Positions 28,474-39,086 of a stretch of DNA of 64,000 nucleotides are shown piece by piece (position 1 is the stretch's first letter; each line of letters opens with the position of its first letter). Made by a program: the position numbers and the translations under genes. The stretch is from assembly GCA_005882895.1 (NCBI GenBank), contig VBBD01000009.1:7648-71647 (forward strand), in the 5' to 3' direction. The notes under the pieces are model-generated. The model saw nothing but the letters and a program-made list of their open reading frames with translations. It ran no database searches and was not told where the DNA came from. Origin of the DNA: Candidatus Bathyarchaeota archaeon (GTDB taxonomy: Archaea; Thermoproteota; Bathyarchaeia; 40CM-2-53-6).

Positions 28474-29406
28474 GTGAGGGTAAACGGTCGAGGGTTGGAT
28501 GATGAAACCCGCGGTTTCCAGGAAGGAGAACAGATTGCAAAGGTCTCCGTATGGACCCTGTTGGGTCTTGGCATTGCTGAGATCGCATTCAGCCTGGTCA
28601 GTGGAAGCATCTCCCTCCTCGCGGATGGCATAGACTCCATCTCCGACGCCGTAGTAAGCTTCTTTGTCTGGGCCGGTCTCCGCATCTCACGCCGTAAGCC
28701 CACTCGCAGGTTCCAATTCGGCTACTACAAAGTCGAGAGCTTTACGGCGCTTATCACCGCGATTGTTCTTGTAGCAGTCTCAGGCTACATTTTCCTCCGA
28801 TCCTATCGAGCGCTCCAGAATCCCGTACCCCTTAGGCTCCCTCTTCTGGCTCTAGTTGTTCTTCTAGCCGCAGGCTTGGGCTCCCTCTACCGTGCCCTCC
28901 AGATGCGCAGAGTAGCCAACAAGTACAGCATAACGTCTCTGAAACTTGACGCGAGAAATTCAATAAAAGATGCATCCTCATCGTTCGTAGCCTTCGCCAG
29001 CGTGCTCGTCGCGTCATTTGGAATTCACTTCGCGGACGCGATCGGAGGAATGCTGGTAGCAGTCTACATTCTCACGGTCGCCTACGTGGCGCTAAGAGAA
29101 TCCTCCCTAGTCCTCCTAGATGAGTTCCACGAGCCAGAACTCTCTCGCGAAATAGAACGTCTGATAAGATCACACACCGATGTTAGGGGAATAAGAGACC
29201 TGAGGCTGCGGAGAGCCGGCCCATTCATAGTAGGAGCGCTCGAAGTAGAAGTTGAAGGGAACATGACGTTGAATGAGGCTCACGATGTCGCCACTGAACT
29301 GGAAGCCTCGGTCAAATCTAGGATCGGAGGTCTGCGAAGGCTGGTCGTAACGCCGGTCCCTGTGGTCGACCCTCACGAACACCCTCACGAACATTTCACA
29401 ACCTAG
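28474..29406 (+). CDS. Cation diffusion facilitator (CDF) family metal efflux transporter
   Basis: 'SLLADGIDSISDAVVSF' is the HxxxD/DxxxD-type site in TM2. It has six TM segments and a C-terminal cytoplasmic domain with a His-rich tail 'DPHEHPHEH'. Confidence 0.85.
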   Translation: MRVNGRGLDDETRGFQEGEQIAKVSVWTLLGLGIAEIAFSLVSGSISLLADGIDSISDAVVSFFVWAGLRISRRKPTRRFQFGYYKVESFTALITAIVLVAVSGYIFLRSYRALQNPVPLRLPLLALVVLLAAGLGSLYRALQMRRVANKYSITSLKLDARNSIKDASSSFVAFASVLVASFGIHFADAIGGMLVAVYILTVAYVALRESSLVLLDEFHEPELSREIERLIRSHTDVRGIRDLRLRRAGPFIVGALEVEVEGNMTLNEAHDVATELEASVKSRIGGLRRLVVTPVPVVDPHEHPHEHFTT

Positions 29407-29486
29407 CCCTCGTCTTCAGAGAAAGAGGCCGCCTAGCGTCCACCCAAGTGATATGGGGTCGAATAACTAATTGTGAGCGACAGTTT

Positions 29487-30554
29487 TTACAGATGAAGGA
29501 AGACAAGGATTAGGATTCTGGCAAGTACGCCAAGGATGGGAGGAATGACGAGCACTGTTGCAAGCCTGCTGACGACGCCGAGGTCAAAGGGCCAGGATTG
29601 GATTTTCTGTATATCTTGCTGTATCTGACGGACCATTGTGAGCTCATCGGCCAACGCCTGCGTCTGGTTCGCACTATCCTCTCTTGGCATCTTCGAGATT
29701 TGCTCCTTGAGCCTCGTGATGATTGCTGTGTATTGGGGCGTTACCCAGCTTTGCTCCTCATGCTTGGCTTCCTGAAGCCTCCTCCGGATGCTGAGGAGGG
29801 GCAGAAAGAAAAGCGCGATTCCGGCGAGGATTAGCCCCGCGCTGAAAATGATGTCGGTAAGCCTGATGGGAGAAAAAATGATGGTTATTCCTCCGGAGAT
29901 CTCCACGTCAACAGTTACCAGCTCTAGGAAAGTCAGCGTAACCGGGAAGAACGCGTAGACACTGGCCAATCTTAGCGAGGTGGTTCCGAACGGCTTCAAG
30001 CCTAGGGTTCTGTCTTCGGTGAAAGGTTTGAGCCGCAGCGGTAGTTTGCCGGCCCGGTGAATGGCGTACATCGAGTAGCCGTAGACCCATAGAAAGGAGG
30101 CTAGTATCAGAAAGAAGTATGCGATGACCGTGATATGTTCCGAGAAGACTGCCGTAGGGCTTGGGAAGCCGAAGAGAAAAGTGATAGCGACCAGAAGTAT
30201 CACCCAAACTACAAAAACATTCCCGAGCCGGAACGGTATTCTAAGGCCATCTCCCGGCATGTTAGGGCTCATTTGTTTGACATAGTCGTTTAATCGTTCC
30301 ATTCTGTTCGAGATGAAATGGATGGCGTAGACGAAGTAGACTAGGAAAAATGATAGGACTAGGGCGGTGTCTAGCAAGTAGCCTCCTAGCCCAGCGGGGG
30401 GAACGATGAGGTAGTCGAGAGTGGCTAGTAGCCTAGTGGGAACGAACCCGATGATAATCGCCCAAAGCCAGAAAGGAAGTCTTAACCCTGCGGCCAGGCG
30501 AACGAACGAAGGCCAAGAAATCACCGTGGAGGGACCGTGCAAGGAAAACTCCAA
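29487..30554 (-). CDS. Polytopic membrane protein, hypothetical
   Basis: Eight or more hydrophobic helices. No motif. Confidence 0.45.
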   Translation of the reverse strand: MEFSLHGPSTVISWPSFVRLAAGLRLPFWLWAIIIGFVPTRLLATLDYLIVPPAGLGGYLLDTALVLSFFLVYFVYAIHFISNRMERLNDYVKQMSPNMPGDGLRIPFRLGNVFVVWVILLVAITFLFGFPSPTAVFSEHITVIAYFFLILASFLWVYGYSMYAIHRAGKLPLRLKPFTEDRTLGLKPFGTTSLRLASVYAFFPVTLTFLELVTVDVEISGGITIIFSPIRLTDIIFSAGLILAGIALFFLPLLSIRRRLQEAKHEEQSWVTPQYTAIITRLKEQISKMPREDSANQTQALADELTMVRQIQQDIQKIQSWPFDLGVVSRLATVLVIPPILGVLARILILVFLHL

Positions 30555-30642
30555 GGATGACGTTACCTGAAGCCTTCCTTATAGAAGCGGTGCCGTACCG
30601 TGTTCCCCGTTGAAGGGAAGGAAGCACTTGCAGTATTGAGAA

Positions 30643-32091
30643 TTATCTTACTGGCTCCGCCCTGACGGTTTTTGATTCGGGAACTCCTTCGAACTTTTGG
30701 CCTCTCAATGCTGAAGGAACCACCGCGATCAGGCTCATGATCCCCATGATCAGGAAGGTGGTATGCATGGGACTCACGAACAGAGCAATGTTAGACGCAT
30801 TGGAACCAGAGGGAGTTTCGCCAGCAAAGACCGCCTGGAGAACGTTCAAAGGGATGTTTGTCGCTAATACAACGAACACTATCGCGAGGCTAAGAAGGGC
30901 TCCCGTGGTGACAAGTGTAGCCGACATTCCTGAAGCGACCCCTCTCCTAGTTACTGGTGTCGCGTTCATGATCGAACTTATGTTTGGTGCGACAAACATT
31001 CCGCCGCCTGCACCACTAACAACCATGAGCAACGCAAGGATGTTGTAGGAGACATCTCCAGGGACCGCGGCGAAACCGAAGAGTGCGCCAGCCGATATCA
31101 AGAGGCCTCCTGTGGTAAAACCTCTGGCACCGTACTTGTCAGAGAGAAATCCACTCAGGGGCCCTACGGTGACGAAGGCCACTGCGAACGGTATGAGTAG
31201 AATGCCCGCCTTCAAGGCATCATAGAGGAGTGCTCCTTGGAAGAAGATTGTCAGCACGAGAGAGATTCCGCTTCTTGAGATCGAGGCGAGAAAGTTGCTG
31301 AATATTCCTGCGGTAAATGGTCTAATCTTGAATAGTTTCAAGTCCATCAACGGAGTCTGAGTTTTCAGCTCCACGTAGCCAAATCCGGCCAGCGCGACCA
31401 AGCCTGCGACCATCATTCCTAAGTCGAGAGCAGTGTATCCTGAGAGAGCTCCAAGGGTTAGCCCGATGAGGAAGGTGGATAATCCTCCTGCGAACAGCAA
31501 GTTCCCTGGCAGATCAATTCTTTCGTGTTTGACAGTTCCAAGTTCTCGGAGTTTCTTGTGGGCCCAGATTGTTGCGAAGATCCCGATGGGCAGGTTTATC
31601 CAGAAAATTGACTGCCAGCCCAAGGCCACAGTCAGGACTCCACCTAGTATGAGGCCGATGACGGATCCACTTATGCCAGCCACAAGGTTGACTCCGATCG
31701 CGCGTCCCCGCTCGTTTGGAGGAAACGCATCTGTCAGGATGGCTGCGTTGTTGGCCCATATGAGCGCGGCTCCTACTCCTTGCACGAGACGGAAGAAGAC
31801 CAGCATTGTGCCGCTGATCGAGAGGCTGCAGAGCCCGGACCCTATCGTGAATACGGCGAAGCCGAGGTTGTAGAGACGCACCTTGCCGTACATGTCAGCC
31901 AGTCGGCCGAACAAAAGTAGCAACACAGCGGTCATGAGAATGTAGCCCATCAGCACCCAGAGAGCTTCGAAGGCGGAGGCATGCAATTTTCGAGTAATCG
32001 TTGGCAGGGCGATGAGGACGATGTTCCCGTCAAGCTGGGACATGAAGGCCCCGATAGTCGTGTTCGTCAATACAGTATACTTGTATTCCAT
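30643..32091 (-). CDS. MFS transporter, DHA2 (14-TM drug:H+ antiporter) type
   Basis: 482 aa. 'GRLADMYGKVRLYNLG' is the MFS motif A between TM2 and TM3. 14 hydrophobic segments. Confidence 0.8.
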   Translation of the reverse strand: MEYKYTVLTNTTIGAFMSQLDGNIVLIALPTITRKLHASAFEALWVLMGYILMTAVLLLLFGRLADMYGKVRLYNLGFAVFTIGSGLCSLSISGTMLVFFRLVQGVGAALIWANNAAILTDAFPPNERGRAIGVNLVAGISGSVIGLILGGVLTVALGWQSIFWINLPIGIFATIWAHKKLRELGTVKHERIDLPGNLLFAGGLSTFLIGLTLGALSGYTALDLGMMVAGLVALAGFGYVELKTQTPLMDLKLFKIRPFTAGIFSNFLASISRSGISLVLTIFFQGALLYDALKAGILLIPFAVAFVTVGPLSGFLSDKYGARGFTTGGLLISAGALFGFAAVPGDVSYNILALLMVVSGAGGGMFVAPNISSIMNATPVTRRGVASGMSATLVTTGALLSLAIVFVVLATNIPLNVLQAVFAGETPSGSNASNIALFVSPMHTTFLIMGIMSLIAVVPSALRGQKFEGVPESKTVRAEPVR

Positions 32092-32235
32092 CTAACCAAC
32101 CAACGGTCTTCTTTCCGATTGATGAAGCGATGCGCTGTGAGAAATCCTGTATAAGGTCTATTTCCAAAGTTCGCGCGATGTGAAAGCAAAAAAATATGAA
32201 ATCGAGTTCTTTCAACAGAAACTATTAGCGAGCTG

Positions 32236-33276
32236 TTAGTAGAGTTCCCTTCTCCTAGCTGTCAGGTTTATGGTCATCTCTGCAACATCCTCTCCATACT
32301 CAGAGATGCGTTTCATGCTCTCGAGGGCCAATCTTACAGCGACGACAGTCTTTTGGTTGAGACGAAAGTCAAAGAGCTTGTCCATCACACCCTCAGCGTC
32401 CTTCTCAACTCTCTGAGCAGATATGATTGAAGTGTTCGCCACTGTTCCGTCGACTTTCGTCAAGGACTTCAACGCATCCTCCAAGACCGAGCTAGTCAAG
32501 TCGCTAACCTTTGACAAATCTCCAACCAGTCGCTGTGGAAGAGGTGACTCGATTTCAGAGGTCATCCTCGCGATTGTCGTTGCATGATCGGCTATCCTCT
32601 CAAGACTTTTCGAAACCACGCGATAAACTAGGCAATCTCGGGGATCCGCGAGTCCGATCTCCAGAATCAGGCTCCTGTTCAGTACAGCCATGGTGAGTTG
32701 TCGTATCAAGAACAGGTAAAACCGGTCAACCTCTTCGTCTCTTTTGATAACTTCCTCAGCGAGCGCAATATCTCTATTCTTTAGAGAATCTACTGCGTCT
32801 CGCAACATGAGTTTGGCGATAAGGCTCATTCTTGAGATGACCTTTGGTGCCGGAAGGTCGCCGTAGGTTGAAAGGCATTGAATTATCAGCTCATCTTTTG
32901 ACTCTTCAATAATCTCGGACCCTACGAACATGCGTCTTGCGGCCTCTCTAAGGTATGTGCGAAGGTCGGGCCTTGACGGCGTCGGAAATCTAATCCTAAT
33001 CATATCATACCCTGCCAAGTACTGGGCGACAACCGTTCTCAAGATCTGCTCTCTATCCTGATCCTTTGTAGGCGTAAGTGCAATCTCTGCACCCTTGCCT
33101 TGAGTGGTCGGGATCTTCTCGTGAGGGACAAGAGTTAGCGAAGAATCCGACCGCGGAAGAACCGCCACTACATCCCCCGCTTTTAGGCCCTGTTCCCTTA
33201 CCCAATCCTTGGGAAGAGAAACAGTATAGCTCGCTCCCCCGGTCATCTGGAGCCTTCGAAGTTCAACATGCGTCAT
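32236..33276 (-). CDS. PhoU-domain phosphate-uptake regulator with N-terminal AbrB/SpoVT-type DNA-binding domain
   Basis: The N-terminus 'GGASYTVSLPKDWVREQGLKAGDVVAV' is a swapped-hairpin AbrB domain. The duplicated PhoU helices 'EVDRFYLFLIRQL' and 'SLERIADHATTIA' follow. The architecture is archaeal-typical. Confidence 0.75.
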   Translation of the reverse strand: MTHVELRRLQMTGGASYTVSLPKDWVREQGLKAGDVVAVLPRSDSSLTLVPHEKIPTTQGKGAEIALTPTKDQDREQILRTVVAQYLAGYDMIRIRFPTPSRPDLRTYLREAARRMFVGSEIIEESKDELIIQCLSTYGDLPAPKVISRMSLIAKLMLRDAVDSLKNRDIALAEEVIKRDEEVDRFYLFLIRQLTMAVLNRSLILEIGLADPRDCLVYRVVSKSLERIADHATTIARMTSEIESPLPQRLVGDLSKVSDLTSSVLEDALKSLTKVDGTVANTSIISAQRVEKDAEGVMDKLFDFRLNQKTVVAVRLALESMKRISEYGEDVAEMTINLTARRRELY

Positions 33277-33783
33277 TTGCTGAACCTCTCTCCATTGATC
33301 TATGTATATGTTTACCTAGCTATATACTCGGTGAGTTATCTACTTATTGCCCGGGGGTTCAATTCGGACATCGCGTGAAGAACACAATGAGTCCAACAGA
33401 CGAGAGATCAACGAGAGCTGGACTTTTCGAACTTTGTATCCTGATACAGGGGAGAGTGGCGGCACGTACGATATAGATGTGCTGACCGAACCGATCACAA
33501 GGACGAGACGGACTGAATTCAAAACTCCCTCTCTTAGGGTTTCAATGAGGCTTCTCGATATTGCTGAGAGCGGTGACACCTATGACCCAGAAGTTGAGCA
33601 ATCCTTCGGAGGAGAACTCGAAAGCTGGTCAGCTCTTCAAACCGTGCCTAGGGCGTAGATGCAAAGCTGTGAGCTCCTAACTCTTCCTCGGTGGCTGCTG
33701 AATTGGCGAATACTGTGATCTACTGACCTACATAGGCAGTCAGTATTATCAGTGGGACGATTAATTACTCAGTCGCCCCCCTC

Positions 33784-34419
33784 TTGTTGTCTATGGGACT
33801 AAGGGAGCTTCTCATACCCCGGGAGAAAATCTTCTTCCAGCTTCTCGAAGAAGAGTCGAAGAATGTCCTGGCGGGGGCCATAGCTTTCAGTGAGTTGATC
33901 CAGAACTTCGACCATTTGGCTGACAAAAGGAACAAGATGAAAGACATAGAGCACCACGGAGACGAAATTGTTCACTCCATTTATGACCGTCTCGTAAAGA
34001 CCTTCATCACTCCCATCGATAGAGAAGACATTAGCAAGCTCGCATCTCTCTATGACGATGTCTTGGATTACATCTACGCGGCTGTCAACCGTCTCTTTCT
34101 GTATGAGGTCGAATCACCGACGGAGCCGATGAGACGGTTCGCGGACTTGGTCTTGAAGTCAGTCCGGGAAATCGACTTCGCCTTCGCCAGTATTCAAAAG
34201 ATCAAGGCCTCTGAGATTGAGACCCGATGCAATGAGGTAGACACCTTGGAGAACGAGGCTGATGTTGTTCTGAACGAGTCAGTCGCCGCCCTTTTCAAGA
34301 CGACCGATGCGATCGCTATCATCAAGTTCAAGGAGATCTACGAACTGATGGAGACAATTACCGACAAGTGTGAGGATGTTGTTCAGGTGATCAGGGACAT
34401 TATCCTGGAGTATTCCTAG
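33784..34419 (+). CDS. DUF47 (PhoU-like, TIGR00153) protein, usual partner of PiT
   Basis: 'IFFQLLEEESKNVLAGAIAF...IEHHGDEIVHSIYDRL...TPIDREDISKLASLYDDVLDYI' matches the DUF47 pattern. It sits directly upstream of PiT. Confidence 0.75.
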   Translation: MLSMGLRELLIPREKIFFQLLEEESKNVLAGAIAFSELIQNFDHLADKRNKMKDIEHHGDEIVHSIYDRLVKTFITPIDREDISKLASLYDDVLDYIYAAVNRLFLYEVESPTEPMRRFADLVLKSVREIDFAFASIQKIKASEIETRCNEVDTLENEADVVLNESVAALFKTTDAIAIIKFKEIYELMETITDKCEDVVQVIRDIILEYS

Positions 34420-34438
34420 CCAAGAAGAGGTCCTCCTA

Positions 34439-35449
34439 GTGTCCACGACAGTCCCGTTCGAGATAGTTGTCCTAGTGGTTGTTGTGGCCCTGGGATTTGA
34501 TTTCATGAACGGGTTTCACGACGCGGCGAATTCCGTCGCCACAGTGGTCTCTACGAGGGTTCTTACTCCCCGTGTCGCTGTGCTTTGGGCGGCGTTCTTC
34601 AATTTCGTGGCAGCCTTCGTCTTCGGAGTCAACGTCGCCTCAACCATCGGGAAGGGAACCATAGACCCGAAGATAGTCACTGCCTGGCTGCTTCTTGCCG
34701 TTCTCACCGGCGCCATCTCTTGGGACGTCATAACATGGTGGTTTGGCCTGCCAACGAGTTCGTCCCACGCCTTAGTGGGTGGCCTCATCGGTGCCGGCGT
34801 CGTGAAGGGAGGGTGGAGCATAGTCCAGACTGCTGGCGTCAGCAAGATAGCATACTTCATAGTGTTGTCTCCAGTTATCGGCTTTTTCCTCGCCATTGGT
34901 CTAGTCCTGCTTACGGTGAGAATTGCCATGCGGTATTCTCGTTCCACATCAGATCACGCCTTCCGACGGCTTCAACTCGTGTCCGCAGCCCTCTACAGCC
35001 TAGGTCACGGGACAAATGACGCCCAGAAGACCATGGGGATCATAGCCGCGCTTCTTTTCGCGCAGGGCTTGTTAGGCTCGACCTTCTATGTTCCATTCTA
35101 CGTGATACTATTGGCGGGAACCGCGATGGGACTTGGAACCTACTTCGGAGGATGGAGGATCGTCCGCACAATGGGTATGAAGATCACAAAACTGCACCCT
35201 TTCGGCGGGTTCAGCGCCGAAACCGCAGCTGCTTCAACACTCTTCGCCACCGCATCCCTCGGAATCCCTGTAAGCACTACCCATACAATTGCCGGAGCGA
35301 TAATGGGCGTTGGCTCGACCCGAAGGCTATCGGCGGTAAGATGGGGAGTGGCCCGCAGAATAGTCTACGCTTGGGTCCTCACGATTCCCGCCGCGGCCGC
35401 GATAGCGGGCCTATCATACTACGTTCTGACACTCGCAGGCCTCAGCTAA
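34439..35449 (+). CDS. Inorganic phosphate transporter, PiT family
   Basis: 'FDFMNGFHDAANSVATVVSTRVL' is the PiT signature GANDVANA-type motif. The second copy is 'SLGHGTNDAQKTMGII'. Confidence 0.85.
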   Translation: MSTTVPFEIVVLVVVVALGFDFMNGFHDAANSVATVVSTRVLTPRVAVLWAAFFNFVAAFVFGVNVASTIGKGTIDPKIVTAWLLLAVLTGAISWDVITWWFGLPTSSSHALVGGLIGAGVVKGGWSIVQTAGVSKIAYFIVLSPVIGFFLAIGLVLLTVRIAMRYSRSTSDHAFRRLQLVSAALYSLGHGTNDAQKTMGIIAALLFAQGLLGSTFYVPFYVILLAGTAMGLGTYFGGWRIVRTMGMKITKLHPFGGFSAETAAASTLFATASLGIPVSTTHTIAGAIMGVGSTRRLSAVRWGVARRIVYAWVLTIPAAAAIAGLSYYVLTLAGLS

Positions 35450-35645
35450 GCAAAATCGTGGTGTCTGTCGGTACAGGTTACTCGGTATTGCACCTCACGG
35501 CCCGTTTTTTCTGGCTAATCAAAACGGTGCACTGTCAGAAATCTCGTATTGGGACTACTAGCCTTAGGGTTCTCAGGAAAAATGGGATATTTTCACTAAC
35601 GTGGAGCGTTCTTGGGAGTTAGCTCTTTACCTACAATAGTGTAGG

Positions 35646-36875
35646 TTGCCTCAGAGGGTCGGTGTCCTGATGGAAGACTATGACGCTGTAATAGTTGGTG
35701 CGGGAATTGGAGGTCTAGCCTTAGGCTACGCCCTTGCATCAAACGGGCGAAAAGTATGTGTCTTAGAGGCCCGGCGCGAAGTAACCCCATCAAAGAGAGG
35801 ATTGACTCTTCAGCCGAATGGCTTGGAAACACTCCAAAAGCTAGGTCTTTTGGACCGAGTTCTTAGGATTGGAGCAAAGACCACTCATGTAAGCTGGTAC
35901 GAGATACGTGAAGGGCCTCTGGCAACATTTGACTATTCTATTCTCGACCATCCGCACAACTATCTGTTGACGGTTGTACCGAGCGAGCTTGAGCTAGATC
36001 TTCGAGAAGCATTTTCTAGCAAAGGCGGAATAATTTACGATTCAACTTTCTTTCAGGAAACATTACGAGCCGGATTCGGACGGGTCATAAAGGCGGAGAA
36101 GAACCGTTCTCCAGTTGAGTTCTCCGCGAAAATTATTGTCGGGGCCGACGGGGAGAATTCTAGGGTTAGGCAGGCACTTCAAATACTCGCACGCATCAAA
36201 AAATATCCTGACGACTTCCTCTTTATGCTGGCGGGACCTGTAGCCTCGCTTCGCTCAGAAGCAAGGCAACATGTTGCTCGGGGAAAGATGGTGGGTTTCT
36301 TCCCTACGCGAGGGTTGACGTACATCTTCTATTACATTTCCGGCAGAAGGCTCCAGCAATTCAAATCTCAAAAATTAGAATCATTCCTGAACGAACTCGC
36401 AGATATAGAACCAGAAATCTCAGATTCCTTACGCAGCCTTAGGTATTGGGAGGACATAGCCCATGTCTCCGCTAGAAGAGTTGACGTGAATAGTTGGGTT
36501 GCCGACCGGGCCGCATTACTCGGAGACGCTGTCCACGCCCTTGACCCATCGTGGGCCCAAGGTGCGAATATGGCCTTACAGGATGCTGTGGCCCTGTCAA
36601 ATACGATCGAGAGATGCTTTGCGCTACATGATTTCAGCGCGAACGCCCTCAAAGGCTACGAGAGGATGAGGCGGAAGCAGGCCGAGTTTGTGCAAAGAGA
36701 AGCGGAAAGAACTGCGCAACTCACTGCGACAGAGAACGGTTTCTATTACTGGCTCGGGAAACGGGTTCTAAAAAGAATAGGTAGGAATAGAGAGCTGATG
36801 CGCGTCGCCCTACAAGCCTCTTGTGGCCTCATAGATCGTTTCAGCCTTCAGGAACAGATACGGTTCCTAATATAG
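35646..36875 (+). CDS. FAD-dependent monooxygenase/oxidoreductase (UbiH/geranylgeranyl-reductase-like)
   Basis: 'DYDAVIVGAGIGGLALGYALASNGRKVCVLE' is the GxGxxG dinucleotide fold. 'GADGENSRVR' and 'LLGDAVHALDPSWAQGANMALQDA' match the FAD-binding GD motif. Confidence 0.75.
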   Translation: MPQRVGVLMEDYDAVIVGAGIGGLALGYALASNGRKVCVLEARREVTPSKRGLTLQPNGLETLQKLGLLDRVLRIGAKTTHVSWYEIREGPLATFDYSILDHPHNYLLTVVPSELELDLREAFSSKGGIIYDSTFFQETLRAGFGRVIKAEKNRSPVEFSAKIIVGADGENSRVRQALQILARIKKYPDDFLFMLAGPVASLRSEARQHVARGKMVGFFPTRGLTYIFYYISGRRLQQFKSQKLESFLNELADIEPEISDSLRSLRYWEDIAHVSARRVDVNSWVADRAALLGDAVHALDPSWAQGANMALQDAVALSNTIERCFALHDFSANALKGYERMRRKQAEFVQREAERTAQLTATENGFYYWLGKRVLKRIGRNRELMRVALQASCGLIDRFSLQEQIRFLI

Positions 36876-36939
36876 ACCACAAGATGTTTGGGAACGAACC
36901 AGAGAGAACGTTGTCGTGTTGCTTTGGACAATGTTCATT

Positions 36940-37131
36940 CTAGATTTGGCCTCTAAGAGAATCTCGTATGGTTCCATCTTTCCATAACTGTTCTACTTGC
37001 GTTGCTCTGCAAGCCTTGCAGACGATAGTTACCCATCCGCCTGCCGAACCAGGGTGATTGCTAACTTCGTGTTCCATGACCTTGTTGCAAGTCCAACACC
37101 ACATGACCTCCTTGACCGTCACTGCCCGCAT
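36940..37131 (-). CDS. Small zinc-ribbon protein
   Basis: 'CWTCNKV...CKAC' has 4 Cys in CxxC pairs. 63 aa. Confidence 0.35.
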   Translation of the reverse strand: MRAVTVKEVMWCWTCNKVMEHEVSNHPGSAGGWVTIVCKACRATQVEQLWKDGTIRDSLRGQI

Positions 37132-37287
37132 AATGAGGGAATCGAGCGGGAGCGATTAAGGAAGAGATGGCAGGAAATGTGAAACTAATTGCCGAGCGAA
37201 CTTGCAAAGCCTAGAGAGGGAACGCGATGAATAATCATAATAGTTGAACCGCCATCTAATCTCCAATCTACGAGGTGAATTTTCGGA

Positions 37288-37758
37288 ATGGGTAATGAAG
37301 AAAACCTGCGACTGATGCAAACATTAGACAATGCTTGGAATGGCAAAGATTGGGAAACGTTCATGAAGCGTCACTCTGAGAACGTTGCTGTGTACTGGCC
37401 GGGCCAGCCCGAGCCAACGAGGGGACGTCACGCGCATCATAACGAATCTGTTGAATTCTTCAAGGCATTTGATAATCATCTCGATAACAATCCGTACAAA
37501 ATCCTCTTCGGGTATGGCGACTACACGTGTTCAGTGGCCAGATGGACAGGCAAGAACATAGGACCGTTCACGGGCCCAGATGGCCGCATGATCCCTGCCA
37601 CCAACAAGAAATTCGAGCTCGAGTTCTGCACTGTGGCACACTGGAAGAACAATGAGATTGTCGAGGAGAAACTCTTCTACGACTTGGTAGGACTGTTGAA
37701 CCAGCTCGGCGTAACTCTGGAAGCAAAGATCCAAGCGGAGAAAGTGCCCGCTGTCTAG
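37288..37758 (+). CDS. SnoaL-like / ester-cyclase (NTF2 fold) protein
   Basis: 'NLRLMQTLDNAWNGKDWETFMKRHSENVAVYWPGQ' matches the typical SnoaL_2 N-terminus. Confidence 0.5.
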   Translation: MGNEENLRLMQTLDNAWNGKDWETFMKRHSENVAVYWPGQPEPTRGRHAHHNESVEFFKAFDNHLDNNPYKILFGYGDYTCSVARWTGKNIGPFTGPDGRMIPATNKKFELEFCTVAHWKNNEIVEEKLFYDLVGLLNQLGVTLEAKIQAEKVPAV

Positions 37759-37901
37759 GAAATCCGCCGGCTCGACTCTCCTCATCCTTCTGAAGCGGAT
37801 TGATACTGGAAGGGAGGAATCTAGTCAAAAGATACTCGATAATCATGAATGGAAATTGTTAACTACTTATCACACGGAGCAAGAACTGTGAATTTCTGCA
37901 G

Positions 37902-38996
37902 ATGCCTAATACTCCGATAGCCAAGAGAGTCATCAAGGAATGCCTACAGGTCAAGGAAGACGAACAGGTACTAATCCAGACTTGGGACCACACACTGGAC
38001 ATTTCCGACTCACTAGCTCTGGAAGTAAACCAAGCGGGAGCGTCACCGTTTGTGAATCTCACCACACAGAACTCCTTCCTGAACTATCTCACCAGTGTTC
38101 CCGAGAAATACTACGGGAAGACCCCACGGGCCTTTCTCTCACTACTCGACCAGATTGACGCACAGGTCGTGCTCTTCGGTCCCAAAGACCCGAAGGTTCT
38201 GAAGATGGCTCCAGGAGAGCGCTTTTCCAAGGCTTTCGAGTCAGAAAAGCCGGTGATGGAGAAGTTACGGGAGAAAAAAATCCGGACTGCATACCTCCCT
38301 GTGGGCTATATCACCCCAGAACGCGCTCTAAACTACGGTTTCGATCTGTCGAAATGGCGCAACAACCATGACCAGGCGATGGACGTTGACATGCAGAAGA
38401 TGAAGGCTCTCGGCAAGAACCTGTCCTCCAAGCTTCATAACGCAAGCAAGGTTCACGTCAGCCATAGCAATGGAACGAACCTAACATTCGCCATCCAAGA
38501 CCGTCCTGTTCACGTTCGGGATGGGATAATCGACCAAGAGGATATTTCAGGGGGGAACTTTACCGAGTCTCTACCGTCCGGAAGCGTTCTGGTGGCCCCT
38601 ATTGAAACAAGCGCGGAGGGGACGGTCATTTTCGATACTCCACAGGCTTTGATGGGCAAGATGCTAAAGGGCTTCACAATGAAGTTCCAAAACGGTAAGC
38701 TAGTATCCTTCGATGCAAAGGAGAACCTTGACGCGTTTGCCGGCATGTACCGTGGCGCAAGCGGCGACAAAGACCGTCTCGGCTCGTTTTCTATCGGGAT
38801 CAATCCGAAGGCTCAGGTCATCGGTTTGGGCAGTGCTGACGAACTAGCTCTTGGAGGCGTGACCATCGGGATCGGGTACAACAAGGACTTTGGAGGAGAC
38901 AACGATACGACTGTCGGGTTCGCCCAGACCCTCAGCCAAGCCACCGTCGAAGTTGACGGAAAACCCATACTTCAAGAAGGCAAGGTCCAAGTCTAG
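37902..38996 (+). CDS. Aminopeptidase, M29 (AmpS/PepS/aminopeptidase T) family
   Basis: 'IAKRVIKECLQVKEDEQVLIQTWDHTLDISDSLALEVNQAGASP' matches the conserved M29 N-terminus. 364-aa length. Confidence 0.7.
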   Translation: MPNTPIAKRVIKECLQVKEDEQVLIQTWDHTLDISDSLALEVNQAGASPFVNLTTQNSFLNYLTSVPEKYYGKTPRAFLSLLDQIDAQVVLFGPKDPKVLKMAPGERFSKAFESEKPVMEKLREKKIRTAYLPVGYITPERALNYGFDLSKWRNNHDQAMDVDMQKMKALGKNLSSKLHNASKVHVSHSNGTNLTFAIQDRPVHVRDGIIDQEDISGGNFTESLPSGSVLVAPIETSAEGTVIFDTPQALMGKMLKGFTMKFQNGKLVSFDAKENLDAFAGMYRGASGDKDRLGSFSIGINPKAQVIGLGSADELALGGVTIGIGYNKDFGGDNDTTVGFAQTLSQATVEVDGKPILQEGKVQV

Positions 38997-39086
38997 CGCT
39001 CGAAACTTGCCACGAAAATCCCCCTTTCGTCACGAGTGCTAATACTGCTTATCCGGTCTTGATTTCCGGCAACGAACTGATAGTAA

